The notes: a model not told the origin generated them from the sequence alone. A stretch of 63,243 bases of DNA, filler included, from 6 parts of 6 records of this genome joined end to end with filler, not necessarily neighbours in it, one strand, 5' to 3'. Positions 10,697 to 21,940 are shown, counted from the whole stretch's first letter. Program-made: numbers and translations.

Positions 10697-12166
10697 ATGT
10701 CATTTTTAGAAGATAAAGTAACTTCAGACGGCCTAACATTTGATGATGTATTATTAGTACCGGCATATTCACAAGTTTTGCCTCGTGACGTTAGTTTAAA
10801 ATCGAACTTCACACGAACCATTACTATTAATACACCTATTGCTTCTGCCGCCATGGATACCGTAACAGAAGAGCGATTGGCGATTGCCATTGCACGTGAA
10901 GGTGGGATTGGTGTAATCCATAAAAATATGACCATTGAAGAACAAGCCAAAAAGGTTCAGGTGGTTAAAAGAGCTGAAAATGGTATGATCTACGATCCTA
11001 TTACTATTAAAAAGGATAAAAATGTAGGTGATGCTTTGGCTATAATGAAAGAATATAAAATTGGGGGTATACCTGTAGTTGATGATTATGGGTATTTAGT
11101 AGGTATTGTAACAAACCGAGACCTTAGATTTCAAACAGATATGACTAAAACATTAGCTCATGTTATGACGTCTGAGAATTTAGTTACCACCAATCAAACT
11201 ACAGATTTAGCTTTAGCGGCAGAGATTCTGCAAAAGCACAAAATAGAAAAACTACCGGTTGTTGATAAAGACAACAAGTTAATTGGGCTTTTAACCTATA
11301 AAGATATTACAAAAGCAAAAGATAAGCCTCTTGCTTGTAAAGATGAAATGGGTAGATTAAGAGTTGCTGCAGGAGTTGGAGTAACTTATAATACATTTGA
11401 CAGAATTGATGCTTTAGTTGAAGCAGGTGTTGATGCTATTGTAATTGATACAGCTCACGGTCATAGCCATGGTGTAATTGAAACGCTAAAACAAACTAAG
11501 AGTAAATACCCTAATTTACAAGTTGTAGTAGGAAATATTGCAACAGCAGCAGCTGCTAAAGATTTGATTGCAGCCGGAGCTGATGCATTAAAAGTAGGAA
11601 TTGGTCCGGGATCTATCTGTACAACAAGAATTATAGCTGGTGTTGGTATGCCACAACTTTCTGCTATTTATTCAGTTTCTCAGGAGGCAAACAAGCATGG
11701 AGTACCTGTAATTGCTGACGGAGGTATTCGTTATTCAGGTGATATTGTAAAAGCCATTGCTGCAGGAGGTAGCTGTATTATGGCCGGATCATTATTTGCT
11801 GGTGTTGATGAATCTCCAGGTGAAACCATCATTTATAACGGACGTAAGTTTAAATCATACCGCGGAATGGGATCTGTAGAAGCAATGCAACAAGGTTCTA
11901 AGGATCGTTACTTCCAGGATGTTGAAGATGATGTAAGTAAATTAGTTCCGGAAGGAATTTCAGCTCGTGTGCCTTATAAAGGCTTCCTTAAAGAAGTAAT
12001 TTACCAGTTAATTGGTGGTTTAAGAGCCGGAATGGGATATTGTGGTGCCGGTACTATTAACGAGTTACACAACGCACAGTTCACAAGAATTACACCTGCC
12101 GGAGTTGAAGAAAATCACCCGCATGACGTGACTATTACACGTGAAGCACCAAATTATACCAGATAA
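10697..12166 (+). CDS. guaB: IMP dehydrogenase
   Basis: LTFDDVLLVP, CBS pair, GIGPGSICTTR active-site loop, YRGMGS. Confidence 0.98.
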   Translation: MSFLEDKVTSDGLTFDDVLLVPAYSQVLPRDVSLKSNFTRTITINTPIASAAMDTVTEERLAIAIAREGGIGVIHKNMTIEEQAKKVQVVKRAENGMIYDPITIKKDKNVGDALAIMKEYKIGGIPVVDDYGYLVGIVTNRDLRFQTDMTKTLAHVMTSENLVTTNQTTDLALAAEILQKHKIEKLPVVDKDNKLIGLLTYKDITKAKDKPLACKDEMGRLRVAAGVGVTYNTFDRIDALVEAGVDAIVIDTAHGHSHGVIETLKQTKSKYPNLQVVVGNIATAAAAKDLIAAGADALKVGIGPGSICTTRIIAGVGMPQLSAIYSVSQEANKHGVPVIADGGIRYSGDIVKAIAAGGSCIMAGSLFAGVDESPGETIIYNGRKFKSYRGMGSVEAMQQGSKDRYFQDVEDDVSKLVPEGISARVPYKGFLKEVIYQLIGGLRAGMGYCGAGTINELHNAQFTRITPAGVEENHPHDVTITREAPNYTR

Positions 12167-12189
12167 GGATAATTTTTAATTCATATACT

Positions 12190-12223
12190 AAAGCCCGAAA
12201 TCTTTCGATTTTCGGGCTTTTTT
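12190..12223 (+). terminator. Intrinsic terminator after guaB
   Basis: AAAGCCCGAAA..TTTCGGGCTTT stem followed by a T run. Confidence 0.85.
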
Positions 12224-12312
12224 ATTTTCTTTAGTCCCCCAAATAAATAGAATATTACACAATAAATTCATACTTAAATTGTTTTACTAATTACAATTTC
12301 AAGAACAACATT

Positions 12313-14250
12313 ATGATACGTAAAAATGTAACGCTTTTATTACTATCCGCTTGGGCTTCCATAAGCGTATTTGCCCAGGACTCTCACACTTTGGTAACTA
12401 TAGGAGATCAAAATTACTCCGTTGAAGAGTTTGATTTTATTTATAATAAAAACAACAACTTTTCTGAGGAACCTAAAACAAAAAAAGAATACATTGATCT
12501 TTTTGTAAATTATAAACTTAAGGTACACGAAGCATGTGCACAAGGCTTTGATACCCTTCCTTCATTTACCAAAGAGTTTAATTATTATAAAGATGAATTA
12601 GCTAAACCTTATTTATCCGACAGTAAGGTTACGGAGCAACTTATTCAGGAAGCTTACGATCGTTTAAAAACAGAGGTTAATGCAAGTCATATTTTAATTA
12701 AACTTCCTCCTTCACCAAGTCCGGAAGATACATTAAAAGCTTATGAGAAAATTAGCTCTATTGTTGAAAAGTATAAAAACGGTGAAGATTTTAACAAATT
12801 AGCTCAGGCTAATTCTGATGATCCATCGGCTAAGAAAAACAAAGGTAAACTAGGTTATTTTAGTGGATTCATGATGGTATATCCATTTGAGACAGCTGCT
12901 TTCAACACTCCTGTAGGCGAAATTTCACCGATTACCAGAACATCTTTTGGATATCACGTACTTAAAGTGCATGATAAAAGAGCTAACCGAGGTGAAATAA
13001 AAACGGCACACATAATGCAAATGTTCCCTGCTAACTCTCCTGAAAGTGTGGTAGAAAAAAAGAAAGCTAAAATTGATTCGGTTTACCAGTTAGTATTAAA
13101 CGGTGAAGATTTTGCTGCATTGGCTCAGAAATACTCTGAAGACAGAAACAGTGCTAAAAACAATGGAGAGTTACCTTGGTTTAGCACCGGAAGAATGATT
13201 CCTGAATATAGTGAACCTGCTTTTGCGTTAGATAGCATTGGAAGTATTTCGAAAGTAATTCGTACTCCATATGGTTTTCATATCATTAAATTACTTGATA
13301 AAAGAGGTGTTAAACCTTTTGATGAAATGAAAGAAGAAATTACCAACCGTATTTCAAAAGACGAAAGAGCTTTTCAGAGTAAAAAAGTGGTTGTAGATCG
13401 TTTGAAAAAAGAATATCAATTCGAAATGAATGAGGAACTTCTTGCTAAAATAACAGAAGATGCAAAAAGAAGAAGTACTTCTAACGAAGCCTTTTTTACT
13501 AAGTACGATAAAGATACCTACATTGCTAAAATGGAAGGCTGGCAGTTATCATCTTCTGAATTAATGGCTAAGTTAAAAGAAAATCGTCAGTTTATACCAA
13601 ACAAACGAGCTGCTCTAATCAGTAAGCTTACCGATGATATTATTGACAATGCTATTTTAGAGTTTGAAAAAACAAAACTTGAAGATAAATATGCTGATTA
13701 TAAATATCTGGTTAATGAATATCACGATGGATTATTGATTTTTGAAATCAGCCAAAAGGAAATCTGGAACAAGGCTATTCAGGACAGCACAGGTATTGCC
13801 AACTATTATAATGCACACCAGGCTGATTATTTTACTCCAGAGAAACTGGAAGGAAAAATCGTATTTAGTAATGATAAAAAAATCATTAGCGAAATTGAAT
13901 CGCTTGTTGCCCAAAATCCTGAAATAAGTGCTGATTCATTAAAACAGATATATAGCGATATTAAAGTTTTAGAAGGAACTTTTGAAAAAGGAGAATACAA
14001 AGCGCTTGATCAGCAGTTGTGGAATGATAAAAAATCAACTGGTAAAGTTGACAACGATTTTAAATATCTTTATGGATTTGGTAAGCTAACAGAAAAACAG
14101 CCTAAAAAACTGGATGAAACCAGAGGTCAGGTTATTGCTGATTTTCAAACACAAATCGAAGAAGAGTGGATTTCAGAATTGAAGACAAAATATAAGCCTG
14201 AAATCAATTTAAAAGCTTTAAAATACAGCGCCAAAATCAAAAAGAAATAA
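12313..14250 (+). CDS. Periplasmic parvulin-type peptidyl-prolyl isomerase (two rotamase domains)
   Basis: Signal peptide; ASHILI..SDDPSA..KGKLG..FGYH and second TAHIM..YSED..GEL..YGFH. Confidence 0.9.
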   Translation: MIRKNVTLLLLSAWASISVFAQDSHTLVTIGDQNYSVEEFDFIYNKNNNFSEEPKTKKEYIDLFVNYKLKVHEACAQGFDTLPSFTKEFNYYKDELAKPYLSDSKVTEQLIQEAYDRLKTEVNASHILIKLPPSPSPEDTLKAYEKISSIVEKYKNGEDFNKLAQANSDDPSAKKNKGKLGYFSGFMMVYPFETAAFNTPVGEISPITRTSFGYHVLKVHDKRANRGEIKTAHIMQMFPANSPESVVEKKKAKIDSVYQLVLNGEDFAALAQKYSEDRNSAKNNGELPWFSTGRMIPEYSEPAFALDSIGSISKVIRTPYGFHIIKLLDKRGVKPFDEMKEEITNRISKDERAFQSKKVVVDRLKKEYQFEMNEELLAKITEDAKRRSTSNEAFFTKYDKDTYIAKMEGWQLSSSELMAKLKENRQFIPNKRAALISKLTDDIIDNAILEFEKTKLEDKYADYKYLVNEYHDGLLIFEISQKEIWNKAIQDSTGIANYYNAHQADYFTPEKLEGKIVFSNDKKIISEIESLVAQNPEISADSLKQIYSDIKVLEGTFEKGEYKALDQQLWNDKKSTGKVDNDFKYLYGFGKLTEKQPKKLDETRGQVIADFQTQIEEEWISELKTKYKPEINLKALKYSAKIKKK

Positions 14251-14334
14251 ATCATTATTTCGAAAAAATATAAGTAAATTGGGCCTTTCCATTCTGTTAT
14301 GCAGGATGGAAAGCTTTTTTATAACAAATAATAC

Positions 14335-15189
14335 ATGATTAAAACACTTCCGATATCTATTTTCGTGGTTCTTATTACCAGCTTGATGAGTTGTAAAAGT
14401 TCTACTGAGGATACAACAGCTAAACCCTTAGCCAAAGTTGAAGATCGTGTATTGACCTTAAATGAACTGGAGAAAGCTATCCCCAAAAATTTAAGTAAAA
14501 ACGATAGCATTGCTTTTACTCAAAACTTTATCAATCGATGGGTTAAATCTTCCCTTTTACTTAGGAAAGCAGAGCTCAACCTAACTCCTGAAGAGAAGGA
14601 TATGGAGCAAATACTGGCCGATTACCGGGCATCTTTACTCATTCATAAATATCAGCAAAAGCTATTACTACAAAAATATTCACCACTCATTTCTGGAAAA
14701 GAAATTGAAGCGTATTACAATACCATGAATGAAAACTTTAAGTTAGATAAAGACATCATTCAAGGCATTTTTATTAAAGTACCTTTTAATGCACCTAATT
14801 TACCAGATCTTAGAATCTGGTATAAGTCAGAAGATCCTGACGACTATATCAAGCTCGAAGAATACGGATTTCAGAATGCTCAAAAGTTTGAAAATTTTCT
14901 GGATAAATGGGTATCTCTGGATGACATAGCTAAGCTATTTCCGGAACCATTGCCTAACCGTCGATATTTTTTAAATAATTACAAAAACTACGAAAGTTCA
15001 GATAGCCTATCTCGTTATTTCTTATCGGTTACAGCCTATCATAAGGCAGATGAAATTGCTCCGTTGCAATATGTAGAAGGTAAGATAAAAGCGATACTAC
15101 TCAATAAAAAGCGAATTGAGTTTATTCAAAATCTGGAAGAAGAACTTTACAAAGAAGGATTAAAACAAAAAATTATAAAATTCTATTAA
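14335..15189 (+). CDS. SurA/PpiC-like lipoprotein chaperone
   Basis: Lipobox LMSC; middle gene of the three-gene PPIase cluster. Confidence 0.7.
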   Translation: MIKTLPISIFVVLITSLMSCKSSTEDTTAKPLAKVEDRVLTLNELEKAIPKNLSKNDSIAFTQNFINRWVKSSLLLRKAELNLTPEEKDMEQILADYRASLLIHKYQQKLLLQKYSPLISGKEIEAYYNTMNENFKLDKDIIQGIFIKVPFNAPNLPDLRIWYKSEDPDDYIKLEEYGFQNAQKFENFLDKWVSLDDIAKLFPEPLPNRRYFLNNYKNYESSDSLSRYFLSVTAYHKADEIAPLQYVEGKIKAILLNKKRIEFIQNLEEELYKEGLKQKIIKFY

Positions 15190-15210
15190 ATTTGCCGAAA
15201 AAAAGAAAGA

Positions 15211-16569
15211 ATGCATAAACTATCTAAATTATTCATTGTCACAATATCATGCACATTATTATTTAGCCCCCAGCTAAGAAGTCAAAAAAATGTTATAGAC
15301 GAAGTCATCGCCGTTGTAGGCGATAATGTCATTCTTAAATCCGATATTGAATACCAATATCAACAAGCAGTCATGCAAGGTATGTCGGCCCGTGGTAATT
15401 TAAAATGCATGCTATTTGAGCAACAATTAATTCAAAAGTTATTATTGGATCAGGCTATCCTGGATAGTGTTGAGATTAGTGAAAACAATGTGATTAATGA
15501 GGTTGACCGCAGAATGAACGAGTTTATAAACCGTGCCGGAGGAAAAGAAAAACTGGAAGAATGGTTTAATAAATCGGTCATTCAAATTAAAAAAGAACAA
15601 ATGAAAATGGTTCGTGAGCAGATGCTTACTGAATCAATGAAATCTACCATTACTGAGAATATTGAACCAACTCCTTCGCAGGTTAGGGCATATTACAGAA
15701 AAACACCACAGGATAGTTTACCAATGGTTCCTGTTCAGTACGAAATACAAAAAATTGCTGTTTATCCTAAAATTGAGCAAAAAGAAATAGATCGTATTAA
15801 AGCCAAATTAAGAGATTTCCAGAAACAAGTTGCAGAAGGAAGAGACTTTGCTACACTTGCTGTTTTATATTCAGAAGATCCGGGAAGTGCCAATAGTGGT
15901 GGTGACTTAGGTTGGACTACAAGGGGAACCTTTGTGCCTGAATTTGCCAACGTAGCTTTTAATATGCAAGAGAAAAATAAGGTTTCTAAAATTGTACAAA
16001 CTGAGTTTGGTTACCATATTATTCAATTGCTAGATCGTAAAGGAGAACGTATTCATGTTCGTCATATTTTGCTAAAACCTAAGGTTTCTATGGAGGCCAA
16101 CAAAGAAGCAGTTGCCAGATTAGATTCTATTACAAACATTATTGATGAAGAAAAGATGAGCTTTGCCGAAGCTGCGTTGTATTTCTCTATGGACAAAGAT
16201 ACCCGCAATAATGGAGGATTAATGGTAAATATGAGAACACAATCATCGAATTTTGAATTGGCGGCTATTCAACAGCCTCAACTGGCAAAAGAATTACAAA
16301 AGCTGGAAGAAGGTGAATTATCTAAACCTTTTAAAATAAAAGACGAGAAGGGTGGTGATGTGTATGTAATTATCAAGCAAAAAAGAAAGATTCCACCGCA
16401 TAGAGCTAACTTAAAAGACGACTATCAGTTAGTTCAAAATATTATGACTCAACAAAGAAAACAAGATGCTTTTGATGACTGGGTAAAAGAAAAACAACTC
16501 GACACATACATCACCATCAATGAAGAATGGAAGGACTGTGATTTTGAGTTTAAAAATTGGATAAAATAG
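15211..16569 (+). CDS. surA: SurA-like chaperone / peptidyl-prolyl isomerase
   Basis: IDEVIAVVG..ILKSD SurA N-terminus; SEDPGSA..GGDLG and FGYHIIQ rotamase motifs. Confidence 0.8.
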   Translation: MHKLSKLFIVTISCTLLFSPQLRSQKNVIDEVIAVVGDNVILKSDIEYQYQQAVMQGMSARGNLKCMLFEQQLIQKLLLDQAILDSVEISENNVINEVDRRMNEFINRAGGKEKLEEWFNKSVIQIKKEQMKMVREQMLTESMKSTITENIEPTPSQVRAYYRKTPQDSLPMVPVQYEIQKIAVYPKIEQKEIDRIKAKLRDFQKQVAEGRDFATLAVLYSEDPGSANSGGDLGWTTRGTFVPEFANVAFNMQEKNKVSKIVQTEFGYHIIQLLDRKGERIHVRHILLKPKVSMEANKEAVARLDSITNIIDEEKMSFAEAALYFSMDKDTRNNGGLMVNMRTQSSNFELAAIQQPQLAKELQKLEEGELSKPFKIKDEKGGDVYVIIKQKRKIPPHRANLKDDYQLVQNIMTQQRKQDAFDDWVKEKQLDTYITINEEWKDCDFEFKNWIK

Positions 16570-16612
16570 TAATTTTGGTTATTTTGTCAATCAGTTATTG
16601 GAGGGTTGACGG

Positions 16613-17017
16613 ATGAAGCTCACTGGAGAAAAAAAAATTACATTTTTAATTTCATTGTTTATTATTGCTGTTTCTTGTTCAAGAGAAGCTTATAATATAT
16701 CATATAACGGGGTAATTGTGGACGAAGAAACCAATTGCTCCGTTCCTCTTTCTTCTATTCAATCATCTTGCTTATTTCAGAAGAACATAGATGAATCGGG
16801 TATTGAAAAAATCAACACCACAACCGATAGTCTTGGGCAATTTAAACTTCAGTTCAACAAAGGTTACCAAATTAATCTGGCTATAAAAGCCGAAGATTAT
16901 CTTGAAAGTACCATACAGTTCAATCCTGTAAAACAGACTCCAGATACTATCTTTCTGAAACGAAAAATGGTATTACAGTCATCCATTTCCAGCAAAGAAG
17001 GCGAGACTACGCCGTAA
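16613..17017 (+). CDS. Hypothetical lipoprotein (carboxypeptidase-regulatory-like beta domain)
   Basis: Lipobox AVSC; G.IVDEET..P, TTDSLGQF pattern. Confidence 0.6.
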   Translation: MKLTGEKKITFLISLFIIAVSCSREAYNISYNGVIVDEETNCSVPLSSIQSSCLFQKNIDESGIEKINTTTDSLGQFKLQFNKGYQINLAIKAEDYLESTIQFNPVKQTPDTIFLKRKMVLQSSISSKEGETTP

Positions 17018-17207
17018 CAGGTTAATACTATTTTCAAAAAGAAATTTTGGTCTGAAAATTGATTCAATCGTATCGATTTAAATGAATATGATGAACTCAA
17101 TTTTTTATCGCTACCACAAAAAGCTTAATAAGCCTGATTTATTTTCGTTATTTAGGTTTTACTGCTATTTTTGCCCCCTTAAAAACCACTTTAATTCAAC
17201 TGGTAAA

Positions 17208-18782
17208 ATGCCAATATCCAGAGTAATAAATATTGCTGTTACATTCCTTTTATTTATTTCGGTTCAGGTTTCAGCTCAAAAAAAAGTAACTGTAAATAAT
17301 GCAGATAGCTTAAACTACGACGAAGCCATTTATGGAATTGATGTTCAGGTTTTAATTGGAAATGTAAAATTCACTCACGAAACAGCTGTTATGTTTTGCG
17401 ATACAGCATATCGTTTTAAAGAGGAAAACAGGATTAAAGCAACAGGAAATATTCATATTATTCAAAACGACAGCCTTCATTTATACGGTAAAAAACTGAA
17501 TTACGATGGTAATACCGGAATGGCACAAGTTAGAGAGAATGTTAAACTAGTAAATAAGGATGTTGTTTTAACTACCGAATATTTGGATTACGACAGAGTA
17601 AATAACTTTGCATACTATTTTAATTTTGGAAAGATAGTAAACAAAGAAAACACCCTGACGAGCAAAAAAGGTTACTATTACCCTAACAGCAACCAGGTTC
17701 ATTATAAAGATAGCGTAGTGGCTAAAAATCCTAAATACACTATTTTTTCAGATACACTTATCTATCATACCCAAACAAAAGTCTCCAATATTGAAGGGCC
17801 TACTTTTATTGTTAGTGATAGCAATACCATTTATGCTGAAGCCGGATATTACGATATGCTCCATGACGAAGCACTATTAAAGGAAAATGCATACATCGAA
17901 GGAGAACAGCTTTTAAAAGGAGATACTATTTATTACAATCGACTAAGTGGTTATGGAGAGGTATTTAACAGCATGGAGCTGCATGATACAGCCAACCATG
18001 TTATTATTAAAGGTGATTATGGATTTTACAATGAAAGAACTAAAGACGCCTTAACAACGCAAAAAGCAGAACTGCTTCAAATTTATAATAACGATACTTT
18101 ATTCCTTCATGCCGATACGCTTCAGGCAGTTCCTTTGGAAAACGGAGAAGATAAATTGATTAAAGCCTATCGAAAGGTGAAGTATTTTAGAACAGATATG
18201 CAAGGGCGTTGTGATTCGATGGTTTTTGATTCAAGAGACACTACCAATACTTTTTTTATCGATCCTATTATGTGGTCGTTGGGAAATCAGCTGACTGCTG
18301 ATGTGATAAAAATGTATACCAAGGATGAGGTAATGGATAAAGTGGATTTAATCAATCGATCTTTTATCATATCAGAGGAAGACAGCGGAAAATTTAACCA
18401 GATTAAAGGTAAAATGATGACCGGATACATTCGTAATAATGAAATATATAAAATTGATGTGGATGGCAATGCACAGTCTATTTATTATCCAAAAGATAAA
18501 GAGAATGTAATTGGTGTTAATCGTGCAGAATGCAGTAATATGACCATTATGCTTAAAGAGAGGGCAGTTGATCAAATTACGATGCGTGTTTCTCCAAACG
18601 GAAATATGAATCCTCCATACCTGATTCCTGATGAAGATTTGAAGATGGAAGGTTTCTATTGGCTTGAAATTTTCAGACCTAAAAAGAGAGAAGATATATT
18701 CTTTTGGGAATCACTTCCAACCATTGATCGAGGAGAAGATAGATCAGAATACAATTTAGATGATACCTATCTGGAAGATTAA
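17208..18782 (+). CDS. OstA/LptA-like beta-jellyroll periplasmic protein
   Basis: Start moved to ATG 17208, with TATTTTTG -7 element at 17166-17173; signal peptide; repeated GNV.F.H / L..DTL.Y units; follows surA. Confidence 0.8.
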   Translation: MPISRVINIAVTFLLFISVQVSAQKKVTVNNADSLNYDEAIYGIDVQVLIGNVKFTHETAVMFCDTAYRFKEENRIKATGNIHIIQNDSLHLYGKKLNYDGNTGMAQVRENVKLVNKDVVLTTEYLDYDRVNNFAYYFNFGKIVNKENTLTSKKGYYYPNSNQVHYKDSVVAKNPKYTIFSDTLIYHTQTKVSNIEGPTFIVSDSNTIYAEAGYYDMLHDEALLKENAYIEGEQLLKGDTIYYNRLSGYGEVFNSMELHDTANHVIIKGDYGFYNERTKDALTTQKAELLQIYNNDTLFLHADTLQAVPLENGEDKLIKAYRKVKYFRTDMQGRCDSMVFDSRDTTNTFFIDPIMWSLGNQLTADVIKMYTKDEVMDKVDLINRSFIISEEDSGKFNQIKGKMMTGYIRNNEIYKIDVDGNAQSIYYPKDKENVIGVNRAECSNMTIMLKERAVDQITMRVSPNGNMNPPYLIPDEDLKMEGFYWLEIFRPKKREDIFFWESLPTIDRGEDRSEYNLDDTYLED

Positions 18783-18799
18783 ACATACAGTATGTCAAT

Positions 18800-18832
18800 A
18801 AAAAAAGCGTTATAAAAATTAATTTTTATAAC
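18800..18832. terminator. Probable terminator hairpin truncated by contig end
   Basis: Perfect palindrome GTTATAAAAATTAATTTTTATAAC preceded by an A run. Confidence 0.55.
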
Positions 18833-18932
18833 NNNNNNNNNNNNNNNNNNNNNNNNNNNNNNNNNNNNNNNNNNNNTTAATTAATTAANNNNNNNNNNNN
18901 NNNNNNNNNNNNNNNNNNNNNNNNNNNNNNNN
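18833..18932. other. Artificial contig linker
   Basis: 44 N + TTAATTAATTAA + 44 N. Confidence 0.99.
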
Positions 18933-19095
18933 CATTTTCAATACTCATAACGAATCTTTAATTCATAATCCGGGTTAAACGTTGAAGTTAAGAAGATACA
19001 GCTCGTACATAGATTATAAAAAAGAAAGGATAGACAAAAGTTAAATGACTATCCTTACTGTTATTTAAGTTAAAAAAGATTTATAACTGATTGTG

Positions 19096-21162
19096 TTATT
19101 TTTTTATCACCTTATGAAAACTAGAGGCTGAATTGCTGGATACTTTAATAATGTACATTCCGCTTTCTAAGTCAGATAAATCGATGTTAATATCATTCCC
19201 TGTTTTATCTGATTCTCCAACTTTGATACCAGCATTGTTAAATATCTCAATGCTACTCATCCAATCGCCTTTTATATTAACTTTTGAGTTGGTCGGATTA
19301 GGATAAATAAGAACAGATAGTTCATCTTTATTTTCAATGCTTGTGTATGTTGAGCTATATTGGGTAATGTTAATGTATTTATACAAACCTCCATTGGTTA
19401 AAATACGAATTCTATTTGTTCTGTTCTCTGTTGATCCATTGCTATCAGCACTGATAGTCAGGGTTTGGTTGCCCTTGTCATCATCAACATCTACTGTTAG
19501 CCATGAATCATCCTGTACCTTCACTTCCCATAAGGCATTACTTTCCACTGAAATTTTAGTACATACCGTATCTTCATAAGTAAACAAAGCTTCTTCATGA
19601 GAAGTGGATAATGTTTCTTCGAAAAGAGATGGAATCCAACGCTGGCAATCATGATTCGTATTTGGCCATAATTTTACCTGATAATTAGAAGTGTATGCGT
19701 AAGGTATTTCTAATAAATTATTTTGAATAGAAGGGTAAACTAAAGTTTTGCCATTAGGAGATTGTGTGACTCTGAATTTTTGATTTACAGCTCCGGTGTA
19801 CGAACTTGTTAGCTGTAAATATTCAGCATTATTAGTTCCTGTAGCTTCCATAAACTGACTGTCATCTTCATAACTTCTAACAATGTATTCTCCAGTACCA
19901 AGCGGTGTAAAAAACCACTTTTGACTATCGTAATTACTGTTTGAAGAATACTGATACAATAATGCTCCATCTTCGATGATATGATCTTGTACATCAAGCA
20001 TCTTGTTACTATTGGCATTTTTAAGTGTGTAAATACCTTCATCCAAAAAATCCATAGATATAGAAGGCCATCCATTATCGTCCCATTTTAATTTTGCATG
20101 CCCCAGAGTTGGACCTCCTTTGTAATTAGCCTCTTCGCTGGGATAATATCCGGTTGGGTCATAATAATGAAAGGAAACATAGTCAGTACCATTTTCTCGG
20201 TAAACACCAATGTGTCCGGGGCCATAATATCTGTCATCTTCTCCTCTTAAATCGTTGTGCTTAAAAACGGTGGAGCCGCCACTTTTTGTGCCATAGGCTA
20301 CCATATTTTTACCTGATTTATCAACAAATGGACCTGTTGGACTTTCTGATCTCCCCATTACCACATAATAGGTACTGGCAATTCCGTTACAACATCCTCC
20401 TTTATTATAAAACAGATAATAGTACCCATCACGATAAATCATACAGGCGCCTTCACCTTCGCCATAATTGGTGCTATTGGGACCTGTCCATGAATTAGCG
20501 ACGGTAGTTCCGGGTAAGTTACCTGTATATGTTTTGGGTTTACCTGAAACGGAATCTATTTCGGTTACAACCATTCCTACCTCATTGAAAGAACCGTAAA
20601 CCATCCAAATTTTTCCATCGTGACCACGACATAGAGATGGATCGATAGCGTTAAGTGCTAAACCAGGTTGGTATGACCAAATGCCCAGAAAGCCAACATC
20701 AACCCAATTGTAATCCGGATCTTCAGGGTTAAGCGTTTTATTAGTAACACATCCAATGGTAGAAGTCATTGTTCCCCACTCAGAACATGAATAATAAAGG
20801 TAATATTGATCATTCATGTAAATGATATCAGGAGCCCAAAAGGCACCATGAAAAATGGATTCTCCGCTAGTGTTTGTTTCACCACCAACATAGTTATTAA
20901 TCCATTCCGGGAATTCTGTTTTTGTAAATGGCGTTGGTCCATCTTCCCATGTAATCATATCATAAGAAAATTTGGAGTAGATACCATCACCGGTACCGAA
21001 TACCCAATAACGATCTCCACATTTAACAATACTGGATGGATCATGCACTCCTGAAGGCCAGGTTTGAGCTGATACAGGATTGAGGTATATACCGATAAAA
21101 AAGGAAAATATGCTAAAAGCTTTTATAGCGTATTTTTTAAGGTTCAAGTAGTTGTTTTTCAT
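19096..21162 (-). CDS. GH43 (arabinanase-like) glycoside hydrolase with ricin-type lectin, BACON-like domain and T9SS C-terminal sorting domain
   Basis: HDPS, WAPD, NAIDP, GEG, GPGH GH43 motifs; QKW/QKF/QRW ricin repeats; V.SN..W.V....SWL; IYPNPT...GMYIIKV..KVIKK. Confidence 0.9.
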   Translation of the reverse strand: MKNNYLNLKKYAIKAFSIFSFFIGIYLNPVSAQTWPSGVHDPSSIVKCGDRYWVFGTGDGIYSKFSYDMITWEDGPTPFTKTEFPEWINNYVGGETNTSGESIFHGAFWAPDIIYMNDQYYLYYSCSEWGTMTSTIGCVTNKTLNPEDPDYNWVDVGFLGIWSYQPGLALNAIDPSLCRGHDGKIWMVYGSFNEVGMVVTEIDSVSGKPKTYTGNLPGTTVANSWTGPNSTNYGEGEGACMIYRDGYYYLFYNKGGCCNGIASTYYVVMGRSESPTGPFVDKSGKNMVAYGTKSGGSTVFKHNDLRGEDDRYYGPGHIGVYRENGTDYVSFHYYDPTGYYPSEEANYKGGPTLGHAKLKWDDNGWPSISMDFLDEGIYTLKNANSNKMLDVQDHIIEDGALLYQYSSNSNYDSQKWFFTPLGTGEYIVRSYEDDSQFMEATGTNNAEYLQLTSSYTGAVNQKFRVTQSPNGKTLVYPSIQNNLLEIPYAYTSNYQVKLWPNTNHDCQRWIPSLFEETLSTSHEEALFTYEDTVCTKISVESNALWEVKVQDDSWLTVDVDDDKGNQTLTISADSNGSTENRTNRIRILTNGGLYKYINITQYSSTYTSIENKDELSVLIYPNPTNSKVNIKGDWMSSIEIFNNAGIKVGESDKTGNDINIDLSDLESGMYIIKVSSNSASSFHKVIKK

Positions 21163-21347
21163 TTATATGATTTTAAAGAACACCGCAAAAAAGTAAAAAA
21201 ACCTTGAACTTGAAATTAGGTGAAATGAATGTATTATATAATCCACCTCTTTTACCAAATTAGACACATATATTGTCTCAAGTAGAATGTAAATTATTCT
21301 ACTTGTAATGATCTTTTTGTGTCACAGTTGATTTAAAAAGATTCTTC

Positions 21348-21821
21348 CTAAGATGTAATGTGTTTGATAGCTTTACTAACTATATGTGTGTTAATCCCAT
21401 TTTCTACATACACAGCATGAACCCCAAGAGAACTCACATCTTGAATGTTTCTCATCTCATCATCAAAGAAAATCATTTGATTAAATGAGGTTTTGCTGGA
21501 TGTCTTAAGTTGATTAAAATGAGCGATTTTACTGCTGGGATATATTTCTCTAAAATCAAAAAAATGATCTATCTCAAATAAGTTTAATAATTCCTGTGCC
21601 CAATCAGGAGCTCCGGTTCGTGATGCAAGAGCAAGAGGTATATTTTTTTGCTGAAGTTCTTTTAAAATGTCCCTAACATCAGGATATAAAGTTATTTTGG
21701 CTCCGTAAGCATCTTCAATATGATTGTTAACTCTTTTATAAGGTGGGTTAGTGTGGTCGCACCAGGTACCTCCGGCATCCCATAAGGTGAAATCTAAATC
21801 AAAAACTACTAATATCTCCAT
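21348..21821 (-). CDS. Magnesium-dependent phosphatase 1 (HAD IIIC)
   Basis: VFDLDFTLW, ASRT, EIYPSSK, FFDDE.RNI. Confidence 0.88.
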   Translation of the reverse strand: MEILVVFDLDFTLWDAGGTWCDHTNPPYKRVNNHIEDAYGAKITLYPDVRDILKELQQKNIPLALASRTGAPDWAQELLNLFEIDHFFDFREIYPSSKIAHFNQLKTSSKTSFNQMIFFDDEMRNIQDVSSLGVHAVYVENGINTHIVSKAIKHITS

Positions 21822-21940
21822 TAGGCAAAAATAAAATTTTATCAGATATTTTATGATTTAAAGCTTCCTAAATATATAGAAGCTAAACTGTGTATAGAAA
21901 TATTAACTTTGTGCAAAATTCAAATTGAGATAGAATCATT

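Noticed and set aside
18877-18888. TTAATTAATTAA recurring five times as a biological repeat
   Set aside because: Always centred in 44+44 N; an artificial all-frame stop linker
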